Assembly: GCA_001771575.1 (NCBI GenBank)
Contig: MEUD01000001.1
Location: forward strand, 991,277 to 1,055,276
Reading direction: 5' to 3'
DNA: 64,000 bases
From: a candidate division WOR-1 bacterium RIFOXYB2_FULL_45_9
GTDB taxonomy: Bacteria; Margulisbacteria; WOR-1; O2-12-FULL-45-9; XYB2-FULL-48-7
Shown here: in pieces, positions 57,307-64,000 of the stretch
Layout: every line of letters starts with the position of its first letter
Numbering within the stretch: the stretch's first letter is position 1
Position numbers and translations under genes: made by a program
The notes under the pieces: model-generated
Database searches by the model: none
What the model was told of the DNA's origin: nothing
The model's input: the letters and a program-made list of their open reading frames with translations, nothing else

Positions 57307-57501
57307 TTAACCGACTTTTGCTTCCAGCCGATCAAGCCGCCGGTCCTGCTCCCGGTCCTTGCCGATTGCCAGCATCCGGTCTTCCCGAGCCTTGACCAAC
57401 TCATCCATTACTTTATCGAGAGTCGTCATAATCTCTCGATGGTCATCCTTGGTCGCAAAGACCTCTTTTAATTTTTCAACATCTTTATTGGTTATGGTCA
57501 T
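57307..57501 (-). CDS. Small coiled-coil hypothetical protein (64 aa)
   Basis: ORF with AGGGGA/TAGGG RBS. Highly charged helical sequence. Confidence 0.35.
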   Translation of the reverse strand: MTITNKDVEKLKEVFATKDDHREIMTTLDKVMDELVKAREDRMLAIGKDREQDRRLDRLEAKVG

Positions 57502-57555
57502 TCCCTAATCCCCTAATTACCTAATTTCCCTAGTCACCTAATTACTTAGCATCCT

Positions 57556-60500
57556 CTACTGCAGAGTCACCAGGACCAGGAGTTTTCCTTTTTGTCCAGC
57601 CGGCATTGATTTGAGCGCTTTGCCGATAATCGTCCCCGCCTGGGGGTTGGCCGGCGCTTTCATGGCGTAACCCGGGTTGGCAGAACTGACCAAAAGGTCT
57701 CCCGGCTCGATCGCGCCGCTGGTCGCGTCAACCTTAACGTCATAGCGGCCGGTGTAAACGATCGGCTTACCGTCTTTGAGCTCGTCATTCATCGTCAAGC
57801 CGCCTTCAGTTCCGCGGTAGACGCCGGCAACTTTTGTCGAATTGGCGACATTACAAACTGACATTTGGTCGCTCCCGGAGATCATCATGACGTCACCATC
57901 TTCGGCCGCGCCGGAGACATTGTGCTTTTCGTTCAAGTCAGCAGCCGTAATCGCGGTGTTGGTCCCATAGTATTTCCAAGCGTAAATCCTTCGCCACTTC
58001 AAGCTTGATGTCCCTAAGTAATAACCCGTTGTGTCACCCGTTGAATTAACCTCCGGATAAACATTGCCGTTAAAGGTCGATCCCTGTTTAAATTTCAATT
58101 GAGCAGGGATATTTATGATAAACCCACCAAAGTTCAGTGAATATGCCGCTTTATATTCCATCCAATTAGACAGGTTTTCGGTTGAGTTGGCAAATGTTAC
58201 TTTCGACAAAGAAATGGTCCCGGTTGTGATCTTTGAGGCATCAATGTTAGGGATTGCCGTTGTAGCCAGAGTTCCCGTAACTTTGCTGGCGCTTATGCTG
58301 GCGATCCTGGCGTCAGCCAAGGTCCCGGTCGTGATCTTGGAGGCGTCAAGGTTAGGAATCGCGGTTGTAGATAGAGTCCCAGTAATCTTGCTGGCGCTAA
58401 CGCTCGCGATCCTGGCGTCAGCCAAGGTCCCGGTCGCGATCTTGGAGGCGTCAAGAGCGGGAATATCGGTCGCCGCCAGTGAGCTCTTATAGGCGAGCGA
58501 ACCCAAAGCCGGCTTATTCGCGATGTCGGTCGAATTATAGTCAACCGCGTTCTTGGTCGCCAGCGTTCCTAAACCGGAAATTTTAGAGGTCGACAAAGTC
58601 CCATCCATATCACCCAGCGGCGCCCGGAAAGCACTGATCTTGTGCCAGCTCCCCCCCATCATATCCATATACATTCCGGTCTCACCAAGAGTACCAGAAT
58701 TGACGAAAGCCAACGCGCCGCTACCAGTTGAAGCCGGCAGGTTGGCAACCGAAGCAACCGTCTTAAACGCGCTTGCTCCGGCAATCGCGCCCGCTGCTAA
58801 TTTATCCCCAGTTACTACGCCAGCGCCCAATTGACTTCCGGCCAATGTCCCAGTAATCTTGCTCGCGCTTATACCTGCTAATTGGTTGTCTGTGAATTGA
58901 CCACTGACTTTGCTGGCGCTTAAGCCGGAAATCTGGCTGTCGGCAAACTGGCCGCTGACCTTGCTGGCACTTAAACCAGAAATCTGGCTGTCGGTCAATT
59001 GGCCAACAAGGCTCCCGGCGTTGATGCCGCCGGTTATATCACTTTCGGTTATACTGCTTTTAAAAGCTAACGTGCCCAGGCCATTGCCGGTGATCGCCGA
59101 AACCGCGCCGGAGAGCTTGCTGGTGTTAATGCCAGCCCCAGTCATAATGTCGAGGTTAGATATAGTTCCATCGGCAATCTTGCTGGAAATAACCGAGTTG
59201 TCGGCTAGCTTTGATGAAATAACCGAAAAATCAACTAATTTCGGGCTGGTGACGGAGTTATCAGCCAGCGCCAAACCGGCAACTTCGGTTTTTAAGGCGT
59301 ATTGGGTTAGCACATCTTTTGAAGCAAACGCATTATTTAAGCCTGACAATAACGGATTGGTTGCTTCAGTCATCGGGTTTTGAATAGCCTCCAATAGTGG
59401 GCTGACTACTTTTTGCTTCCAGTCGACCATTTCGTTGTAACCCCATTCTGGTTCAGGCCAAGAGATTGGCGGCCATGGCCCAACGAGTTCTTCCTTCCAA
59501 CCGCCCGGAGGAAACAGGGGTGTGTTTCCAACTCTGGCATAAATCTCTGCCACATTGCTTTGCTTCACGTCAACTCCATTCAATCCTTTATCCTGGCAAT
59601 AATAATAACGATGCTCGTCCGGGCTTGTTCCCGAAACATCAAACAAATTCCTTTCCGAGTTTGCCGGCATATTTACAATTTGGTTATACCAAGAGTCGGA
59701 TTTGATCATATATTCATAGTTTTTACCTGTTAATCTCATCGTCCAATTATATCCAGTGGTCCCCGCCTGGTCACCTGTCGTTCCATCATTGCTATAATAT
59801 TCAAGATCGGCATTATCTTCATAATCATACCCGTCTAATTCGCCAATTTTTACCCATTGCCCCTTCTTTCCAGCAAATGCGCTGGGAGCAACTAAAAATG
59901 AAACATTTTCCGCTTGCGGCGCGTGATTGAATGGCGGGGGGACTGCCGAGACCGCCTTTGCCGCGTTAACAAGCACGTAAGAAATTACGGCACTTTTGTT
60001 TGTCACTTTAACCTTAAAATACCCGTTACCAACCTCTGTCAACACCGCTTTCTCATCATTTTTAGGGGTCATCAGAATTATGGAGTCCGTTTTTACATAA
60101 TCATTGTTAATCTTTAATTGAAACCAACTTGATTCCGCATGGTAGCTTGTTCCCCATAAAACAGTGACACTGTCCAATATTATCCAACCGGCCAGCATAT
60201 TCTTTTTTGGGACTTCGACCGTTCTAATATTAAAGTTATCAACAATGTTTAATGTCCCGCTTAAATTAACTACATCTGATTCCATGCTGATATATCCACC
60301 CGTATGGTTCCTGGAATTTACGGCATTTACAGAATTGATCGAAGAAATTGAGTATGGTGAAGATAATAACGGGGTCTTGTATGATTGCGCATTGTTTTTA
60401 TCGGTTAATAAATAATTCCCCTTATAACTTATTGATAAATAATAATGACTATCAAAATTAGCAGTTATTTTATTCGCGGTTGTCGTTCCAAGCCTTGCCG

Positions 60501-60759
60501 TAAAAAAACCATTCTTGTCAGGATATACTTTAATTGTTTCCTCCCATATCTTTGTCGTGCTAGCAAGGGTCGGCCACAACGCGAAGGTCACATCAACGCC
60601 TAAAGCTGAATCCACGGGTTTGTCGTTTTCTTTTAAAACTCCCTGAACGTTAAAGCTCTTTGTAAGTTCAGCAAACACACACAATTGTAATAGCACAACA
60701 CCAAGCAGTAAAAACAGCCCCAATCTCCCTTTCATAAATACACTCCTTAATTGATTCAT
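57556..60759 (-). CDS. Large secreted repeat protein with tail-fibre-like 18-aa and 34-aa tandem repeats
   Basis: Signal peptide. 'SGLSASKVSGQF.DSQI' x3 and 'DASKITTGTLADARIAS.SASK.TGTL.TTAIPN' x2.4 (102-nt units, about 90% identical). Confidence 0.7.
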   Translation of the reverse strand: MNQLRSVFMKGRLGLFLLLGVVLLQLCVFAELTKSFNVQGVLKENDKPVDSALGVDVTFALWPTLASTTKIWEETIKVYPDKNGFFTARLGTTTANKITANFDSHYYLSISYKGNYLLTDKNNAQSYKTPLLSSPYSISSINSVNAVNSRNHTGGYISMESDVVNLSGTLNIVDNFNIRTVEVPKKNMLAGWIILDSVTVLWGTSYHAESSWFQLKINNDYVKTDSIILMTPKNDEKAVLTEVGNGYFKVKVTNKSAVISYVLVNAAKAVSAVPPPFNHAPQAENVSFLVAPSAFAGKKGQWVKIGELDGYDYEDNADLEYYSNDGTTGDQAGTTGYNWTMRLTGKNYEYMIKSDSWYNQIVNMPANSERNLFDVSGTSPDEHRYYYCQDKGLNGVDVKQSNVAEIYARVGNTPLFPPGGWKEELVGPWPPISWPEPEWGYNEMVDWKQKVVSPLLEAIQNPMTEATNPLLSGLNNAFASKDVLTQYALKTEVAGLALADNSVTSPKLVDFSVISSKLADNSVISSKIADGTISNLDIMTGAGINTSKLSGAVSAITGNGLGTLAFKSSITESDITGGINAGSLVGQLTDSQISGLSASKVSGQFADSQISGLSASKVSGQFTDNQLAGISASKITGTLAGSQLGAGVVTGDKLAAGAIAGASAFKTVASVANLPASTGSGALAFVNSGTLGETGMYMDMMGGSWHKISAFRAPLGDMDGTLSTSKISGLGTLATKNAVDYNSTDIANKPALGSLAYKSSLAATDIPALDASKIATGTLADARIASVSASKITGTLSTTAIPNLDASKITTGTLADARIASISASKVTGTLATTAIPNIDASKITTGTISLSKVTFANSTENLSNWMEYKAAYSLNFGGFIINIPAQLKFKQGSTFNGNVYPEVNSTGDTTGYYLGTSSLKWRRIYAWKYYGTNTAITAADLNEKHNVSGAAEDGDVMMISGSDQMSVCNVANSTKVAGVYRGTEGGLTMNDELKDGKPIVYTGRYDVKVDATSGAIEPGDLLVSSANPGYAMKAPANPQAGTIIGKALKSMPAGQKGKLLVLVTLQ
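58220..58470. repeat. About 2.4 tandem 102-nt coding repeats inside 57556..60759
   Basis: Read directly. A second set of 54-nt repeats lies at about 58895-59020. Confidence 0.6.
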
Positions 60760-60786
60760 TTTATTTATCCTCCTAAATTAATTCTT

Positions 60787-62682
60787 TCAATAACTATCCC
60801 AATTGAGCAGGTCTCGGTTTAGGAGTTCCTGCACAACTTTGGTCCGCTGAAGCATTTCCACCGTCTCGGCGCGGGTCAACTGTTTGTTCGGTTCAAAGCC
60901 GCGCCCTTTCAGGTATTCCAGGATACCGGCGCTGTAAGCTCCCGAGATCCTCTGCGCCGCCCAGTGATTGACCCTGATATCAGGGAATTGATTTAAGTAG
61001 ACCTCTTCCGCGATCCCCGCGAACCGGGCGATCATCAGGAGCCCCTCGGCCCGGGTGATCTTCCCGTTCGGCTTGAAGACGTTCCCAGGGTAGCCTAAGA
61101 CTACTCCCTTCTTGGCCGCTTCGGCGATGAATGGAGCCGCCCAATGCTTGGCCGAGACATCTTTGAAGGCCGCTTTGGCGTCTGCAGTCGGCACCCCGAT
61201 CATTGACTTGATCAGGAGGGAGCACATCTCGGCCCGGGTAATGTTGCCTTCCGGCTTAAAGGTCCCGTCAGGGTAACCGGTGATCACTCCGGCCATCGCC
61301 AGAAGCGAGGTCGGCTTGTCAACCCAGTACCCAATGGGGACATCCGGGAAGGTGACCAGTCGCAAAATGCGCGGCCGCTTCCCGAAGATAAAAGCCTTGT
61401 CGGCGTAAGATTCGATCGAAATGGCGTTCTTACCAATATAGAGGTCGTAGGTCGTGGCAAACATCCCCTTGAGATTGAACTTGACCGGCACCCCATTCGC
61501 CCTTAAACTCTTGACCCGATAGTCAACCACCTCACCCGAAACAGGGACCTGCGCCGCAAAGGTGATCAACTTGTCTTCAGGAGAGAAGAGCTTGAACGCC
61601 TCTTTGGGGATCTCGATCTTGGGGGGCTGGAAAGCGTATGAAAGGGAGAAGAAGCTATTGTCGATGTTAGGCGCTCCTGCAAAGGTGTGGTAAGCGTAAT
61701 CAAAGCGGAAACCGCCGTAGTAGAGCCCGACACCATAGGCCATATCGGAAACGGTCGTTAAGCCTCCGTTTCCGTCGCCGGCTGAATCCTGGTCGATCCC
61801 GGCCCTGATCCCGATATAATCTATTGGTTTCCATTCCGCTCCAAGATGCATTAGCCCCGGGAAATTCTTCATTGTCGGGTGGAGCTCGTAATCGGCCAAT
61901 ATTATTAATTTATTTTCGCCGATTTTATATAAACTGTCTGTTTTACCCAAAAGGTTGACGCTTGTTCCCAGAAAAAAGACCGCCGGATAATATTCCGTGT
62001 GTCCCGAAGCGTAAGTCAGCTTTCCCCCCATCGCGGCGGGCAAAACATTGGTCCCGGTCGCACCGATCTTCAGCCACTTTTGCGGCTTGATCGTTAAACC
62101 AAGATCAAGCTCGTAGCCGCTGGCGTCGCCGCCGACGATACTGTCACCGTAGAGCGCCGCTTTGAACAACTTAACGCTGGCACCGATCGAGATCTTATCG
62201 GCAAAGGGGAGTTTGTCCAACCTAACATAACCCATTTTCTTGAGTTCGTTGGCATAGGAAATGACCATGGCGTTGTTGTAATTCCCCATGACCGGCTGGG
62301 AAGAGTCGACCACGAAGATCGGATCGTCCGGGTCGGAGGCCGCTTCAATGGTGGTGGCAAAAGCGCCGCCGATCGAGGTCCCGGCAAAACCAAAGCCGAT
62401 CACCCCAAAGTCGGTGGCGTAAAGTCCGGAAGCGGAGAGGTAGGAGTATTCATCAAGGAATTTACCGGACATGGAAGAGAGTTGCCACCCTTCAATCCCC
62501 GCCATACCGGCCGGGTTGGAGTACATTGCCCCCGCGTCATCAGACAAGCCTATGTAAGCTTTGCCTAAACCAAGGACCCTGGCGTTAGGAATATAGCGGG
62601 TCGGGTCCTGGGCGACATATTCCGCCAGGGCAACCCCCGCGACTAACAACATTAACACTAATAGAGTTATAACTCTTTTCAT
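60787..62682 (-). CDS. FadL/PorV/PorP-like beta-barrel + 3x SLH (barrel-SLH 3)
   Basis: The track ORF starts at GTG 62697. ATG 62682 gives 'MKRVITLLVLMLLVAGVALA'. 'LGLGKAYIGLSDDAGAMYSNPAGMAG'. Three SLH repeats ('FPDVPIGYWVDK...', 'FKDVSAKHWAAPFI...', 'FPDIRVNHWAAQRI...'). Confidence 0.8.
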   Translation of the reverse strand: MKRVITLLVLMLLVAGVALAEYVAQDPTRYIPNARVLGLGKAYIGLSDDAGAMYSNPAGMAGIEGWQLSSMSGKFLDEYSYLSASGLYATDFGVIGFGFAGTSIGGAFATTIEAASDPDDPIFVVDSSQPVMGNYNNAMVISYANELKKMGYVRLDKLPFADKISIGASVKLFKAALYGDSIVGGDASGYELDLGLTIKPQKWLKIGATGTNVLPAAMGGKLTYASGHTEYYPAVFFLGTSVNLLGKTDSLYKIGENKLIILADYELHPTMKNFPGLMHLGAEWKPIDYIGIRAGIDQDSAGDGNGGLTTVSDMAYGVGLYYGGFRFDYAYHTFAGAPNIDNSFFSLSYAFQPPKIEIPKEAFKLFSPEDKLITFAAQVPVSGEVVDYRVKSLRANGVPVKFNLKGMFATTYDLYIGKNAISIESYADKAFIFGKRPRILRLVTFPDVPIGYWVDKPTSLLAMAGVITGYPDGTFKPEGNITRAEMCSLLIKSMIGVPTADAKAAFKDVSAKHWAAPFIAEAAKKGVVLGYPGNVFKPNGKITRAEGLLMIARFAGIAEEVYLNQFPDIRVNHWAAQRISGAYSAGILEYLKGRGFEPNKQLTRAETVEMLQRTKVVQELLNRDLLNWDSY

Positions 62683-62714
62683 TAATTTACTTACCACTTA
62701 ATACTTGCCGCTTA

Positions 62715-64000
62715 TTATCTAATATGATGCTGGAGCATTGATCCGGGAATGAGCAGGATCGGCGCCTTCGCGATCCTTTTGCCGGTCGCCGGATCGATAA
62801 AAATCGACATCCCGATCTGGGCGGCGCGATCCGGCCGCAAGTCCTGGGTCTGAGCGGTCAGCCTGGCCCGGTCGGCCCGGACGCTGACGTCCATTTTCTT
62901 TGTCCCAAAAGCGCCGGTTTTGCTGAAAGTTTTGCGGTAGATGACCTGTCCGGTCCTGGCCCCGCTGACAATGATCCACTGGATCTGGTCCGGCAAATTC
63001 CCGTTCTTGGTCCAGACCGTGGCGTAGAAGTTCCCTCCACCGTCAATCTCCACCGGAGTAGTGATCGCCCTGGTCTCCTCAACGGCGGTCCCTCCCCCTC
63101 CCCCTTCGGTATAAAGGTCATAGCGGATTATCCCAACATGACCAGCATCGTCTTCGGCGTAAAAGAAGAGGGTGACCGGCCGGCCATCAGTGTTGGGCAA
63201 ATTTGCGTTAAAAATAAAGTTTTCTACGTACGCTTTGAGCGGCGGAACGGTCGAATCGTCAAACCGGATGTAACTGCTTGGGATGTCTTCAATAACGGTG
63301 ACAATGTTTATCCCTTCATTATACCTGGCAACAACCTTCGCCCTGACCGTGCTCGCGTTCAATGAATTGGGCAAAATGGTTGAAATGTCAAAACTGATCC
63401 TCGGGTTGGGGCTGACGGTCGTGGCAGGGGTTTCGGAAAGAAGGGCTTCCGGATAAACATTGCCGTTGATCGAGACCCTGCTGATCGTTACCTCGCCCGA
63501 TCCATTAATAATAGTTAAGGCGTTAATCTCTCTGGTCGCGGTCGAATCGGGATTGGTGACCAGCAGGTCCCTGGTCCCCGCCTCAATGCTCGGATCGATA
63601 AAAATGTTAATCACAATTTTACTTGCGCTTTCGTAAGTCGTTGACCTGACATCAACATCATAATCAAACGAGGTTTCGCCGCTCTTCATAAAGGCCGATG
63701 ACAGGGGACTGCCGCCCGGATACGACGGCATAAAATCGGTCCCGCTGACTTCGATCGTCCCGATCCAGCCGCGATACCTGGTGCTGGGAGTAAGGGCTGT
63801 TACCGTCGGCGAGCGGAGTCGGTAGATCCGTCCGATGTCGCCGCACATATACGCGTAAACCCCGGCCAGTTCACCCGGATAGACCAGCCGGACAAAAATA
63901 TCCTGAATGTTGGTCGCCGGGGTGTAATCATATATCCCCCAGTTGGACCCGCCGTCGGTCGTGTAAGCGGTCACTCCGCTATCCCCCGCGACCCAACCAA
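62715..64000 (-). CDS. Ig/TIG-like surface protein, 5'-truncated by the window edge
   Basis: The reading frame stays open upstream of the first in-window start (GTG 63974) to the window end. No signal peptide is visible. 'VTALTPSTRYRGWIGTIEVSGTDF' is IPT-like. Confidence 0.55.
   Translation of the reverse strand, partial: GWVAGDSGVTAYTTDGGSNWGIYDYTPATNIQDIFVRLVYPGELAGVYAYMCGDIGRIYRLRSPTVTALTPSTRYRGWIGTIEVSGTDFMPSYPGGSPLSSAFMKSGETSFDYDVDVRSTTYESASKIVINIFIDPSIEAGTRDLLVTNPDSTATREINALTIINGSGEVTISRVSINGNVYPEALLSETPATTVSPNPRISFDISTILPNSLNASTVRAKVVARYNEGINIVTVIEDIPSSYIRFDDSTVPPLKAYVENFIFNANLPNTDGRPVTLFFYAEDDAGHVGIIRYDLYTEGGGGGTAVEETRAITTPVEIDGGGNFYATVWTKNGNLPDQIQWIIVSGARTGQVIYRKTFSKTGAFGTKKMDVSVRADRARLTAQTQDLRPDRAAQIGMSIFIDPATGKRIAKAPILLIPGSMLQHHIR

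Noticed and set aside
55977-57404. Long version of the last paralog gene starting at 57404
   Set aside because: The extension has no RBS, encodes no signal peptide and overlaps the small ORF 57307..57501. The internal ATG at 57278 gives a canonical signal peptide.
57556-60759. Prophage or tail-fibre gene
   Set aside because: Only the repeat style is phage-like. No integrase, capsid, terminase or att repeats are in the window. The protein has a Sec signal peptide.
1-64000. CRISPR arrays, IS elements, integrases, restriction-modification genes
   Set aside because: No regularly spaced direct repeats, transposase or integrase motifs, or DNA-methyltransferase motifs were seen. The only methyltransferase is a small-molecule type.

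Overview
This is a 64-kb window from a moderately GC-rich bacterium (about 55-60% GC; AGGAGG-type ribosome-binding sites; ATG, GTG and TTG starts). Almost all of it is cell-envelope and secreted-protein content, with one short housekeeping block.

Plus strand, 1-30 kb:
- a multi-PKD-domain protein;
- a translationally coupled operon: Hanks-type Ser/Thr kinase, then PP2C phosphatase fused to a beta-hairpin repeat region, then a coiled-coil protein;
- a lipoprotein followed by a 1625-aa secreted protein (beta-propeller plus IPT/TIG repeats);
- two tandem copies of a two-gene cassette. Gene 1 is a secreted TIG/Ig protein ending in a FlgD-Ig / T9SS-CTD-like beta-sandwich. Gene 2 is a protein with an N-terminal FadL/PorV/PorP-like domain (NPAG motif), an Ig-like module, and three C-terminal SLH repeats;
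- a three-gene lipoprotein operon in which two proteins end in a near-identical motif, 'DPCAGKTGVFLSACK'.

Middle, about 30-45.4 kb:
- a lipoprotein resembling DUF4015/GHL-type glycoside hydrolases;
- a convergent CheY-like regulator and a multi-TM histidine kinase;
- a SAM methyltransferase, an orphan 760-795-aa protein, and a GT-C glycosyltransferase;
- tmRNA (ssrA) next to smpB;
- a housekeeping block: dapB, dut, an M16 peptidase, nadD and proA.

Minus strand, 45.4-64 kb:
- a tandem array of nine paralogous secreted proteins sharing 'YWVNG' and 'AVGKVN...NLVSLPF' modules;
- a 1067-aa repeat protein;
- a third barrel-SLH gene paired with an upstream Ig/TIG protein that runs off the window edge.

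The most interesting candidate system is the repeated cargo-plus-barrel pairing (three instances). By analogy with T9SS type-B cargo and their PorP/SprF partners, it may be a dedicated cargo-attachment module. Here, however, the barrel is fused to peptidoglycan-binding SLH domains, and the fusion is in the reverse order from OmpM/Slp tethers.

Other signals are listed in the findings: AGCTT heptamer repeat arrays, a proA-to-nadD chain of mini reading frames, three stacked hairpins, and an SD-sequestering 5'UTR hairpin. No CRISPR array, integrase or transposase was seen.
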